A stretch of DNA of 64,000 nt from an uncultured Bacteroidales bacterium (lineage in GTDB: Bacteria > Bacteroidota > Bacteroidia > Bacteroidales > WCHB1-69), in contig ONCM01000002.1 of the NCBI GenBank assembly GCA_900316305.1, forward strand, positions 37,967 to 101,966, in the 5' to 3' direction. The notes under the pieces were generated by a model, which saw only the letters and a program-made list of their open reading frames with translations, did not search any database and was not told the DNA's origin. The position numbers and the translations under genes are program-made. This document shows, piece after piece, positions 39,686 through 49,470 of the stretch (its first letter is position 1; the number at the start of each line of letters is the position of its first letter).

Positions 39686-40777
39686 CTACAAACTGCTAAC
39701 TACCTTCGTGCCTCGCACTTTCTCTCCTTCCTTCAGCCCGCTAGTCACCACGATGTGGATGCCGTCACTGAGGCCGGTGGTGATGGCGCGGCGGTCGTAG
39801 GAGGTGCCGTTCTTGACATAGACGAAGGTGGAGTCACCGGAGAATTCGAGGGCGCTCTCGGGGATGGCAAGGACGTGCTCCGCACTCTCCAAGGTGAGCT
39901 CGGCGTTGGCACTGTAACCGGAACGGATCTTGTTGTCCTGCTGCGGTTTGACGGCGGCGCGGATCTCGAACTGGTTGGCGCCGTTGTTCTGCACGGCCTT
40001 CGGGGAAATGTACTCCAGCACGGCATCGAACGTGTAGTTCTGCAACGCCCCGATGGTGATCTTCAGCGGCATTCCCTCGCGCAAGGTGCCGACCTCGGTC
40101 TCATCGACGTTGCCCTTGAAGATCAGGTCGTTCATGTCGGCGACGGTGGCCACGGTGGTGCCGTCGTTCAAGGTGTTGGCCTGGATGACGGAATTACCCA
40201 CTTTGACGGGGATGTCGAGGATCAGACCCGAGATGGTGGAGCGGATGAGCGTGGAGCTGGACTTGGCGTTGGCGGAGGAAACGCCGTCGCGGATGATTTC
40301 CAATGCATCCTGCGACGCCGACTTCTCCTCACGCGCCTGCTGCAACGCCTGCGTCACCTTCTCGAACTCTTCATTGCTGACCAACTTCTTGTCATAGAGG
40401 GCTTTCTCGCGGTCGTAGTTGGCCTTGGCTTGGTTGTAGTTGATGTCGGCCAGGCGCACACGGCTCTGCGCGGCGCTCAGCGAGTTCATGTCGGGAATGA
40501 CCTTGAGCTTGGCGATGACCTCGTTTTCCTTCACCTCCTGACCGGCCTCCTTGTACAACTCGGCGATGATGCCGTTGATCTGCGGCTTCACGGCGACCTC
40601 GTTGCGCGGGCCTATTTGTCCGGTTATCAGCGTCTTCCGACTGATATCCATGTAGGCGACCTCGTGCTCGTTGAAGATCTCCTTCTCGGGCCGCGATTTC
40701 TTGAAGAGGAACACGAAGGTTCCGATGAACACCAGGGCTATCAGCGCCCCGATTGCGTATTTTAGTGTCTTTTTCAT
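39686..40777 (-). CDS. efflux transporter periplasmic adaptor (HlyD/MacA-type membrane fusion protein)
   Basis: 363 aa. N-terminal TM, coiled-coil hairpin (AQSRVRLADINYNQAKANYDREKALYDKKL), beta-barrel C-half. The last codons (VVSSL) are encoded by the TTAGCAG-type repeat. Confidence 0.85.
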   Translation of the reverse strand: MKKTLKYAIGALIALVFIGTFVFLFKKSRPEKEIFNEHEVAYMDISRKTLITGQIGPRNEVAVKPQINGIIAELYKEAGQEVKENEVIAKLKVIPDMNSLSAAQSRVRLADINYNQAKANYDREKALYDKKLVSNEEFEKVTQALQQAREEKSASQDALEIIRDGVSSANAKSSSTLIRSTISGLILDIPVKVGNSVIQANTLNDGTTVATVADMNDLIFKGNVDETEVGTLREGMPLKITIGALQNYTFDAVLEYISPKAVQNNGANQFEIRAAVKPQQDNKIRSGYSANAELTLESAEHVLAIPESALEFSGDSTFVYVKNGTSYDRRAITTGLSDGIHIVVTSGLKEGEKVRGTKVVSSL

Positions 40778-40844
40778 TGTATATTAGGGTTTTCGTTATA
40801 TATCATCGCTGTTCCCGCAGTCCGAACCTGACTGCCTTGTCAAG

Positions 40845-40917
40845 CCCCACACTGCGCTCCGCTTGTATGGGGTTAATTGCGCTATCGCGCGTCTTGCCCC
40901 TCCGGGGCTGCTCAAGG
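40845..40917 (-). repeat. two-hairpin intercistronic element, copy C
   Basis: By hand alignment it differs from copy B by 3 substitutions and 1 indel. Confidence 0.8.
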
Positions 40918-40956
40918 AAGATATTATTCATAATTCATAATTCTACATTCTACATT

Positions 40957-42189
40957 TTATTCGTCCCTCATCGCGTCCACCGGCTTGATGTGCATCGCGC
41001 GGTAGGCGGGGGCGATGCCGGCGAGGAGGCCGAGGAGCATCAGCAGGAGCAGGGCCGAGATGGCGGTGCCGAACTGGATCTGGAAGACGGCCTTGTGCTG
41101 GGAAATTACTTCGAGGAGGTTGAGGAGTAGCACGGAGAAGACGATGCCGGAGAGGCCAGCGACGATGGTGAGAGTGATGCCTTCGAAGATGATCTGCGAA
41201 AGGATGTCTCGCGGGGTGGCCCCGATGGCACGCCGGATGCCGATCTCCACCGTTCGCTCGCGCACGACCACCAACATGATATTGCTCACTCCGATGGCAC
41301 CGGCCAACAGCGTGCCAATGCCCACCAACCAAATCAGAAAGTTGATGCCGCGGAAGAGATTGTCGATGATGCTGAACATTACCTCCATGTTGAGCATCAT
41401 GATGGCCTCCTTGTCGTCGGGGGCGATATAGTGCTGACGGGCAACCACTTGCCGGATTCTACCCTCCAAGTCTCCCATGTTGACACCCTGTCGCCCGACG
41501 GCACAAATCATACCCACCACTTCGCCGCTGTTCAGGATGTCGCGCATCACCGTGATGGGGATGGTGACCTCGTCCGCGTTGTTGCCGCCAAGATTGATGT
41601 TGGAGGTGCTGACATCCACGCCAATCACCTGATAGTAAATGCCATTCACGTTGATAAACGCTCCGCAGGGATCGTCGCCGTCGGGGAACAACGTCTTCCA
41701 GACGCGCTCGCCGATGACGCAGACTTTCCGCTTGTGCGCCACATCGACCTGGTTAAGGTATCGCCCGAACTTCATCGTGGGCGCCTGCACCTTCACGTAG
41801 TCTGCCTGCACACCCTTGGCAGAGCAACTGGCGGTGAACTCGTCGCGGGTGGCGGTGTAGCCCCATTGCGGCAGCGACGGGGTGACAACCTCCAACTCGG
41901 GTACCAGCGCCTTCAGCCGCTCAATGTCCTTATACTGTAGATTCCAGCTCCGACCCTCCTTGAATCCCTTATACGGCTTGGTAGTTTCGTTCGCCGCGAT
42001 GATGACGGTGTTGGTGGCGAATCCGTCGAAGTTCTTTTCTAACAGTTGTTTAAGGCCGTTGCCGCCGCCGATGAGGAAGAGCAACATGAAGAGACCCCAG
42101 AATATGCCGAAGCCCGTGAGGAAGCTGCGCCGCTTGTTCCGCGTCAGCGCGTCCATAATTTCTCTGTATGTATCGGTGTCGAATCGCAC
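40957..42189 (-). CDS. ABC transporter permease, MacB/FtsX-like
   Basis: 410 aa. TM1, large periplasmic domain, then 3 C-terminal TMs. Has the RTVEIGIRRAIGA motif. Confidence 0.85.
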   Translation of the reverse strand: MRFDTDTYREIMDALTRNKRRSFLTGFGIFWGLFMLLFLIGGGNGLKQLLEKNFDGFATNTVIIAANETTKPYKGFKEGRSWNLQYKDIERLKALVPELEVVTPSLPQWGYTATRDEFTASCSAKGVQADYVKVQAPTMKFGRYLNQVDVAHKRKVCVIGERVWKTLFPDGDDPCGAFINVNGIYYQVIGVDVSTSNINLGGNNADEVTIPITVMRDILNSGEVVGMICAVGRQGVNMGDLEGRIRQVVARQHYIAPDDKEAIMMLNMEVMFSIIDNLFRGINFLIWLVGIGTLLAGAIGVSNIMLVVVRERTVEIGIRRAIGATPRDILSQIIFEGITLTIVAGLSGIVFSVLLLNLLEVISQHKAVFQIQFGTAISALLLLMLLGLLAGIAPAYRAMHIKPVDAMRDE

Positions 42190-42298
42190 TTGTAATGGTT
42201 ATTGGTTATGGGTTATTGGTTATTGAGGGTAACAGCCAACAGCCAACTGCTAACTACTAACTGCTAACTGCTAACTGCTAACTATTGATAGCCAATAG
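42190..42298. repeat. compound heptamer repeats (GGTTATT/GGTTATG, AGCCAAC, CTAACTG/CTAACTA, AGCCAAT) filling the intergenic gap
   Basis: ttgtaatggttattggttatgggttattggttattgagggtaacagccaacagccaactgctaactactaactgctaactgctaactgctaactattgatagccaatagc. Confidence 0.9.
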
Positions 42299-43567
42299 CT
42301 AAGTCTCGTTAAGGGCTTCAATTGGACGGATACGGGCGGCTTTCATCGCGGGGGAGAGGCCGGCGAGGGTGCCGGCGACAACCAGCAGGATGGTGACGCC
42401 GAAGGAGATGCTGAGGCTGACGGTCGGGTTAACGAATAGTCGGACGGTCTCGCCGAAAAACTCTACCGACGACTGTCCCACGGTCATCTTCATTACCTCG
42501 CAAGCGACCATGCCGAGGAACATCCCGATGTAGCCGAACAGCGCGGTGATGGAGACGCTCTCCGCGAGAATCAGCTTCATGACGGCCCACGGCGATGCGC
42601 CGATGGCCTTGCGGACGCCGAACTCGCGGGTGCGCTCCTTGACGGTGATCAGCATGATGTTGGAAACGCCAACGATGCCGCCCACCAGCGTGAGAATGCC
42701 CAACACCCACAACGCCGTGCGGATGTAGTGCGTCCCCTTATTCATCTGCATATTCTGCGTGAAACGGTTCCAAATCCAGATGGAACTTTCATCGTCGGGA
42801 GCCGCCTTGTGCGCCCGATTGAGCGCGGCGCGGTAGGTCTTCTCAAACTGCTCGTTCTCCTCTTCGGTCGTTAATCCGTGGAACGAGAAGTTGATTTGAT
42901 CCACGCTATTGGTTTCATTCATAAGTACTTGCATGGTGGTAACAGGTACAAAGTCTTCCACACGTTGCGCCGTGCGGTCGGTCTTATAGACCCCCACCAC
43001 TTGCCATGTGATACCGCCAGCCGTCACCGTCTTGCCAATCATGGAGGCGTAATCCTCGCCGCCGTTCATCAGCTCGATGGCGTGGGAAGCGGCCAAAACG
43101 ATGGCTTTTCGCTGCATCTGGATGTCGTTTTGGTTGATAAACCGCCCTTCGAACATCTCGATTCGGTTCATTTCTTGCAAAGTCGGATAACAACCGTTCA
43201 AATAGGCCGATATGTGTCGGTTGTTGAAAACCAAGGTATAAGGGCCTTTGAAGAGTTCAGGGGAGATTTTGTCCACATGCTCCGCAAACAGCGCACTTTG
43301 GGTAAGGACTATATCATTATCATTCAATAAAATGCGACGACCGGTCTGGTAGCCGTTGGCGGGTTTGCTCGTCACCCCGCCGAACACCGCCATGGTGTTG
43401 GTGGCGAAGCGGTCGCCCTGGTTCATGAAAGCGTTCATCAAGCCATTGCCCGCACCGAGCAGCACGATTAGCATGAAGATACCCCATGCGACCGCAAACC
43501 CCGTGAGGGCGGTGCGCAGCTTGTTGCGCCGGATGGACTCCCAAATCTCTGTCAGCAGGTCTTTCAT
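42299..43567 (-). CDS. ABC transporter permease, MacB/FtsX-like
   Basis: 422 aa. Same topology as its neighbour. Has the RTREFGVRKAIGA motif. Confidence 0.85.
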   Translation of the reverse strand: MKDLLTEIWESIRRNKLRTALTGFAVAWGIFMLIVLLGAGNGLMNAFMNQGDRFATNTMAVFGGVTSKPANGYQTGRRILLNDNDIVLTQSALFAEHVDKISPELFKGPYTLVFNNRHISAYLNGCYPTLQEMNRIEMFEGRFINQNDIQMQRKAIVLAASHAIELMNGGEDYASMIGKTVTAGGITWQVVGVYKTDRTAQRVEDFVPVTTMQVLMNETNSVDQINFSFHGLTTEEENEQFEKTYRAALNRAHKAAPDDESSIWIWNRFTQNMQMNKGTHYIRTALWVLGILTLVGGIVGVSNIMLITVKERTREFGVRKAIGASPWAVMKLILAESVSITALFGYIGMFLGMVACEVMKMTVGQSSVEFFGETVRLFVNPTVSLSISFGVTILLVVAGTLAGLSPAMKAARIRPIEALNET

Positions 43568-43569
43568 AG

Positions 43570-44292
43570 CTATTTCATGATGGTTTCGGTGCCGAAAATG
43601 GAGGATTGGTGCTGCTCGTTGAGCGTCGTCTCGCCGATGATGCCGTCCTTGATGTGGATGATCTTGTCGGTGCAGTTGGCCACGCCGCTCTCGTGCGTCA
43701 CCACGATGATGGTGACCTTCTCCGTGCGGTTGAGCTCGGTGAGGAGGTTCATTACCTCCACAGAGGTCTTTGAGTCGAGGGCGCCCGTGGGCTCGTCGGC
43801 CAGCAGGATGCGCGGTCGGGTGATGAGTGCCCGCGCGATAGCCACACGCTGTTTCTGTCCACCCGAAAGTTCGTTGGGATAGTGCGTGGCCCAGTCGGCC
43901 AGACCGAAATGCTCCAGATAGCTCATGGCCAGTTCGTTACGTTTCTTACGACTCACCCCCTGATAGTAGAGCGGCAGTTCCACGTTTTCCACCGCCGTCT
44001 TGAAGTTGATGAGGTTGAACGACTGGAACACGAAGCCAATCAGTCGGTTACGGTAGTGCGCCGCCTCCTTCTCACTCAAATCCTTGATGAGGTTGCCGTC
44101 TAACCAGTATTCGCCTTCGTCGTAGTTGTCGAGGATGCCGAGGATGTTCAGCAGGGTCGATTTCCCCGACCCGGACGCGCCCATGATGGAGACGAACTCG
44201 CCCTCGTCAATCCCGAGGTCGATGCCCTTCAACACGTGCAACGGTTGGCCGTTGTTGTAAGTCTTGTGGATTTGCCGTAAGTCGATTAACAT
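43570..44292 (-). CDS. ABC transporter ATP-binding protein (MacB/LolD-type)
   Basis: ATG at 44292 (MLIDLRQIHKTY). Walker A GASGSGKST, signature LSGGQKQR, Walker B ILLADEPT. Confidence 0.92.
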   Translation of the reverse strand: MLIDLRQIHKTYNNGQPLHVLKGIDLGIDEGEFVSIMGASGSGKSTLLNILGILDNYDEGEYWLDGNLIKDLSEKEAAHYRNRLIGFVFQSFNLINFKTAVENVELPLYYQGVSRKKRNELAMSYLEHFGLADWATHYPNELSGGQKQRVAIARALITRPRILLADEPTGALDSKTSVEVMNLLTELNRTEKVTIIVVTHESGVANCTDKIIHIKDGIIGETTLNEQHQSSIFGTETIMK

Positions 44293-44361
44293 AATTATGA
44301 ATTCAGAATTATGAATTATGAATAAATATATAGCTAAAAGCCAAAAGCCAAAAGCCAATAG

Positions 44362-45579
44362 CTAAATATCTGCAGATGCTGTGTCTGAGTGAGTAACACC
44401 TTTCTTCGTACTGATATTAAGATTCACCCCCTTGTCCGGATTCGTTTGGATGGTGATGTCGTAGGTGGTGTTTTCGTCGCGGAGCTCGTCAAGGACGGGA
44501 TCGATGATGCTGTCGAGCTCTTTGGTGCCGTAGTAGCTGTCGGTGTTGGTGTAGCCGTTTTCATCGAACCAGCGTTCCAGATTTTCACCGGTGCGCTCCA
44601 GACGGCGGTTGACGTCGTCGCGCTTGCTCATTTCGATACCGAAGCCGATAATGCCGAAGAGGCTAAGTATCCAAACGGTCAGCAGAATCCAACCGACGCC
44701 CTTGCGCTTGGGCTCACCACCCGCCGCGCGCACGCACAGGATGGCGATGCCGATGACGGGACAGAGCAGGAAGAGGGCGCAGCTGCCCAGCAACCCCATG
44801 TCGATGGCGTTGCCGAAGCTGCCGGGATCGTGGGTGAGCAGGGCCACGAACATGGCGATGAAGATGCCTAACACGCACAGCGCCAAACTGACACCGATGA
44901 CGACACCGATGACTATTAGACAGATTTTCAGGATCTTGCCGAAGGTGGTGGCACCGTCGCTGTGGACAACCGGTTCCATCTGGAAGTTGTCAATGTTTTC
45001 CAGTGTCGGTTCGATGCCGTACATTTCCAGGAATTGTGCTTTCGTTTTGGCCTCGGGCATCGCGATGAGCAGGATGAGGTAAACGAGAATGCCCCAACCG
45101 AGGCTGGCGAAGGCGAGAATGACGAACAGGATGCGCACGATGGCCGGATCGAGGTCGAAATAGGCCGCCAGACCGCTTGCCACGCCGCTGACCATGCGGT
45201 CGTTGCTGTTGCGATAGAGCTTGCGCGCTTTGCGCGGCTGCCGGTTCATGGTCCGGTCGCTGTTATCGCTACTGGAGGTGTTGTCTGCAAAATTGTTGGC
45301 GGTTGCTTGTCCTTCACCGCTTTCGTCCTCGAACTCTTCGGGTTTTCCGATGACCTCGATAACTTCCTCCACATCGTTGATTTCCACGACGTTGCGGTTC
45401 TGGAGTTTATAGGTCAGCAGCTCGGCCATGCGCTCCTCGATGTCGCGGACGATTTCCGCACGCTCATCTTCGGGAAAACGTTTTTCAATGTCGGCGAGAT
45501 ATTGACTCAGCCGGTCGCAGGCGTCCTCGTCGATGTTGAACACGAATCCGCCTAAATTGATAGTGACTGTCTTTTTCAT
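44362..45579 (-). CDS. PspC domain-containing membrane protein
   Basis: The N-terminal domain precedes a PspC motif RKLYRNSNDRMVSGVASGLAAYFDLDPAIVRILFVIL. Several TM helices. Confidence 0.8.
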   Translation of the reverse strand: MKKTVTINLGGFVFNIDEDACDRLSQYLADIEKRFPEDERAEIVRDIEERMAELLTYKLQNRNVVEINDVEEVIEVIGKPEEFEDESGEGQATANNFADNTSSSDNSDRTMNRQPRKARKLYRNSNDRMVSGVASGLAAYFDLDPAIVRILFVILAFASLGWGILVYLILLIAMPEAKTKAQFLEMYGIEPTLENIDNFQMEPVVHSDGATTFGKILKICLIVIGVVIGVSLALCVLGIFIAMFVALLTHDPGSFGNAIDMGLLGSCALFLLCPVIGIAILCVRAAGGEPKRKGVGWILLTVWILSLFGIIGFGIEMSKRDDVNRRLERTGENLERWFDENGYTNTDSYYGTKELDSIIDPVLDELRDENTTYDITIQTNPDKGVNLNISTKKGVTHSDTASADI

Positions 45580-45607
45580 ATTTATTTGAATGGTTATGGG
45601 TTATCGG

Positions 45608-46075
45608 TTATTGGTTATTGAAGCTGGTGATTTGTGACTTGTGATTAGCATTCATCGTTTTATCGTCTTTCATCGCTTTTTCATCGTTTTTCATCGCTTT
45701 TTCATCGTTTTTCATCGCTTTTTCATCGTTCTTCATCGTTTTTTCATCGTTTTTCAAATGTTCCACCGCCTCCTTCAGCTCTTCCCATCCCGCTTCCAGT
45801 TCTGCGAGGAACTCCTGACCGGCTTCGGTGAGCTCGTAATACTTGCGCGGGGGACCGGAAAGGGACTCCTGCCACTCGTATTGCAGGATGCCGTTGTTCT
45901 TCAGTCGCGAGAGGAGAGGGTAGAGGGTGCCTTCCACCACAATCATCCTCGCTTCCTTCAGCTCGTTGATGATGTCGGAGACGTATGCGGGCTTCTTGCT
46001 GATAATCAAAAGAATACAGTATTCCAAGTAGCCTTTGCGCATCTGCGATTTTACATTTTCAGCATTGATATTCAT
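45608..46075 (-). CDS. PadR-family transcriptional regulator with repeat-encoded C-terminal tail
   Basis: ATG at 46075. Winged HTH YCILLIISKKPAYVSDI...GTLYPLLSRLKNNGIL. The tail has ~5 KNDEKAM heptads encoded by the CGATGAA-type DNA repeat. A -7 box caaaaata lies at 46103-46110. Confidence 0.8.
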   Translation of the reverse strand: MNINAENVKSQMRKGYLEYCILLIISKKPAYVSDIINELKEARMIVVEGTLYPLLSRLKNNGILQYEWQESLSGPPRKYYELTEAGQEFLAELEAGWEELKEAVEHLKNDEKTMKNDEKAMKNDEKAMKNDEKAMKDDKTMNANHKSQITSFNNQ

Positions 46076-46268
46076 CTCTATTTGCTTTGAAGTTTGACGC
46101 CGCAAAAATACAAAAATTTTAGTACCTTGTATCGCATAGTACTAAAAAAATTAATTTTTTTTTCGTCAGATTAAAATTTGGAACATAGATTGTCATGTTG
46201 CATAAAAAATATTTATCTTTGCCGATTGTTTAGGCAAACGCAAATTTGTACAAATATATTATATAGTT

Positions 46269-47576
46269 ATGGATATTAGATTTACTTTTCAAGATGCAAT
46301 GTTTGCTCTTGACAATCAGAAAGTTGAGAATAGAAAGAAAGACGCTGAGGCCGCGTTGCAGACCGCACTGAACAAGACCGGCCGCGGCAACGATTTCCTC
46401 GGCTGGATCACCCTTCCGAGCGATGTGACGGAGGACGACATCGTCCGCATTGAGGAGTGCGCCGCGCGTATGGCCGCCAAATCGGAGGTGGTCGTGGTGG
46501 TCGGCATCGGCGGCTCCTACCTAGGCGCCCGTGCCGTCATCGAGGCCCTGCAGCACTCCTTCGCCCCCTACGTGAAGGGCAAATACCCGCATATCCTCTA
46601 TGCGGGCAACAACATCAACGAGGACTATCTGCATGATTTACTGGATGTTCTCGACAACCGCGACTACTCCGTGGTGGTGATCTCCAAGTCGGGCACGACC
46701 ACCGAGCCCGCGCTCGCGTTCCGCATCCTGAAGCAGCACTGCGAGAAGAAATACGGCGTGGAGGCTGCCAAGGAGCGCATCGTGGCCATCACGGACAAGG
46801 CCCGCGGCGCCCTGAAGACCCTCGCCGACAAGGAAGGCTATCCCACCTTCGTGATTCCCGACGATGTGGGCGGCCGCTATTCCGTGCTCACCCCCGTGGG
46901 TCTGCTGCCCATCGCGATGGCCGGCTTCAACATCCGCCAGCTGCTGCAGGGTGCGAAAGACATGCAGAAGTTCGTGGCTGAACATAAAACCTACGACGAG
47001 AACCCGCTGTTGCAATACGCTTTGGTTCGTAATTTGCTGTATGAAAGTGGATTGAAGGTTGAACTGCTCACCTCCTTCGAGCCGCAGCTCTTCTACTTTA
47101 TCGAGTGGTTCAAGCAGCTGTTTGGTGAGAGCGAGGGCAAGGAACACAAGGGCATCTTCCCCGCCGGCGCCATCTTCTCCACCGATCTGCACTCCCTCGG
47201 TCAGTACATCCAGGAGGGCACACGACAGATATTCGAGACGGTGCTCGCCATCGATGCAGTCCACCATCGCGTCAACATCCCCGAGGATGCCGAGAATCTC
47301 GACAACCTGAACTACCTGCAGCATCGCACCATCCATGAAATCAACCAGATAGCTCGCAAGGGCACGTGTCTCGCACACGTTGATGGTCAGGTACCAAACC
47401 TCTGCATCACGATTCCTGAAATCAATGAGTATCACCTCGGCGAGCTGATCTACTTCTTCGAAATGAGCTGTGCCGTAAGCGGTTACATGCTCGGCGTGAA
47501 CCCGTTCGACCAGCCCGGCGTGGAAGCGTACAAGAAGAATATGTTCCGCCTGTTGGGAAAACCTGGGGTGAAATAG
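46269..47576 (+). CDS. pgi: glucose-6-phosphate isomerase
   Basis: 435 aa. GIGGSYLGARAV, SKSGTTTEP and GGRYSVL blocks. A -7 box tatctttg lies at 46214-46221. Confidence 0.92.
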   Translation: MDIRFTFQDAMFALDNQKVENRKKDAEAALQTALNKTGRGNDFLGWITLPSDVTEDDIVRIEECAARMAAKSEVVVVVGIGGSYLGARAVIEALQHSFAPYVKGKYPHILYAGNNINEDYLHDLLDVLDNRDYSVVVISKSGTTTEPALAFRILKQHCEKKYGVEAAKERIVAITDKARGALKTLADKEGYPTFVIPDDVGGRYSVLTPVGLLPIAMAGFNIRQLLQGAKDMQKFVAEHKTYDENPLLQYALVRNLLYESGLKVELLTSFEPQLFYFIEWFKQLFGESEGKEHKGIFPAGAIFSTDLHSLGQYIQEGTRQIFETVLAIDAVHHRVNIPEDAENLDNLNYLQHRTIHEINQIARKGTCLAHVDGQVPNLCITIPEINEYHLGELIYFFEMSCAVSGYMLGVNPFDQPGVEAYKKNMFRLLGKPGVK

Positions 47577-47660
47577 TTAGCAGTTAGTAGTTAGCAGTTA
47601 GTAGTTGGCCCTGAACCAATAGTCAATAGTCAATGGTCAATGGTCAATGGTCAGAAAGTG
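47574..47660. repeat. TTAGCAG/TTAGTAG then CAATAGT/CAATGGT heptamer repeats beginning at the stop codon
   Basis: tagttagcagttagtagttagcagttagtagttggccctgaaccaatagtcaatagtcaatggtcaatggtcaatggtcag. Confidence 0.9.
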
Positions 47661-47688
47661 CTAACAAAATAATAAAATCAACGAAATA

Positions 47689-49167
47689 GTGCAAGGTTTT
47701 ATCTTCACCTTCTTCGCCCTTTACGTGGTGATGCTGTTCGTCATTACGGGGTTTACCTCGCGCAAGACGGACAAGATGAGTTACTTTACTGGAAACCGTA
47801 AGTCACCCTGGTTTGTGGTGGCTTACGGCATGATTGGCAGTTCGCTGTCGGGTGTGACGTTTATGTCGGTGCCCGGCGACGTTTATACCACACAGTTCAC
47901 CTATTTGGGAGTGGTCTTCGGCTACATCCTCGGCTACATCGTCATCGGGTTGCTGCTGCTGCCGCTCTATTACCGGCTCAACGTGACCTCCATCTACGAA
48001 TATCTTGGAAAGCGCATCGGTAACGAGGCGCACAAGACGGGCGCACTGTTCTTCTTCTTGTCGAGATTGCTCGGTTCGGCGTTGCGTATGTATTTGGTAA
48101 TCTTTGTGTTGCAGATCTTTGTCTTCGATGGCTGGAACATCCCGATCTGGGCCACGGCCATCGTGATGATTGCCATCATCCTGCTCTACACGTTCCGAGG
48201 CGGCATCAAGACCGTGGTGTGGACGGACATGCTGCAGACCACCTTTCTGATTGGCGCACTGATTATTACGATTGTGGTGATCATGCGCAACATGGGCGGG
48301 TCGTTCAGCGATATATGGGCGCAGATGGCCACTGTGGGCAAGGACGGCACCGACTGCCGCACCATATTCAACACCGACTGGCGCAACAACAGCTACTTCC
48401 TGAAGCAGGTGTTTGGCGGCATGTTCATCACCATCGCGATGACCGGTCTGGATCAGGATATGATGCAGAAGAACCTGTCTTGCAAGTCGTTGCGGGAATC
48501 GCAGCGCAATATGTTCTCGTTCACCTGCATTCTGGTGGTCGTCAACATCCTCTTCCTGCTGTTAGGCGGCATGTTGCTTGTCTTCGCGCAGCACAACGGC
48601 GTGGATGTCAGTCAGTTCCCCACCGACCGCATCTATCCGGAGATAGCCTTCAACTATTTGGGCAAGGTGGGTGCGTTAGTCTTCGTGTTCGGACTCATTT
48701 CGGCGGGCTTCTCTAGTGCAGACGGCACCTTCACGGCTCTTACGACCACCGTCTGTTACGACCTCCTCGACATCGAGAAGCGTTTTCCCTCTGAGAAGCA
48801 GCAGATTAACGTGCGTCGCATCGTCCACCTGATCATCTCCGCGCTCTTCCTGACGGTGATCCTCATCGTCTCGCAGCACCACAACGACGCGCTCATTCGC
48901 ATCATCTTCATGGTGGCCTCCTACACCTACGGCCCGATTTTGGGCTTGTTCACGTTCGGTATGTTCACCAAGCGGGAGATTCCGCAGTCGCGCCGCTGGC
49001 TCGTCCCGGTCATCGCCCTCGGCATCCCAGTCCTCTGCTATATCCTGGCTACGCATTCACAGCAATGGCTTTGCGGCTACAAGTTCGGCTACGAACTGCT
49101 GATTGTCAACGGGTTGCTGGTGTTCGGGGCGTTGGTTGCGGCGAGCGGGAAATCAGTTAGTAGTTAG
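47689..49167 (+). CDS. sodium:solute symporter family transporter
   Basis: 492 aa with about 13 TM helices. SSF-type N-terminus ...YFTGNRKSPWFVVAYGMIGSSLSGVTFMSVPG. GTG start is uncertain. The last codons (SVSS) are encoded by the TTAGTAG repeat. Confidence 0.8.
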   Translation: MQGFIFTFFALYVVMLFVITGFTSRKTDKMSYFTGNRKSPWFVVAYGMIGSSLSGVTFMSVPGDVYTTQFTYLGVVFGYILGYIVIGLLLLPLYYRLNVTSIYEYLGKRIGNEAHKTGALFFFLSRLLGSALRMYLVIFVLQIFVFDGWNIPIWATAIVMIAIILLYTFRGGIKTVVWTDMLQTTFLIGALIITIVVIMRNMGGSFSDIWAQMATVGKDGTDCRTIFNTDWRNNSYFLKQVFGGMFITIAMTGLDQDMMQKNLSCKSLRESQRNMFSFTCILVVVNILFLLLGGMLLVFAQHNGVDVSQFPTDRIYPEIAFNYLGKVGALVFVFGLISAGFSSADGTFTALTTTVCYDLLDIEKRFPSEKQQINVRRIVHLIISALFLTVILIVSQHHNDALIRIIFMVASYTYGPILGLFTFGMFTKREIPQSRRWLVPVIALGIPVLCYILATHSQQWLCGYKFGYELLIVNGLLVFGALVAASGKSVSS

Positions 49168-49470
49168 TAGTTAGTAGTTAGCAGTTGAGGGGGAACATGC
49201 GATGACACGATGAAAACCGATGAAAGGGCGATGAAATAAAGTCCCGGTAGGGACCAAAGCTCGGTAGGGAAGCGTCGCCACCTCCGCGCCGGCTCGCCCA
49301 AAAATAAAGTGAATTCATCGGCAATCATGTTGATTTGTGCTGGTCATCATTGTGCTGATGTGTCACATCGGTTCTGTTCATAATTCTGTTGATAATTTTT
49401 CTTGAGCCACATACAATATCGTAGTATTTTTACTATTTTTGCGGTGCTGAAAATAAAATGTTTTTGAACC

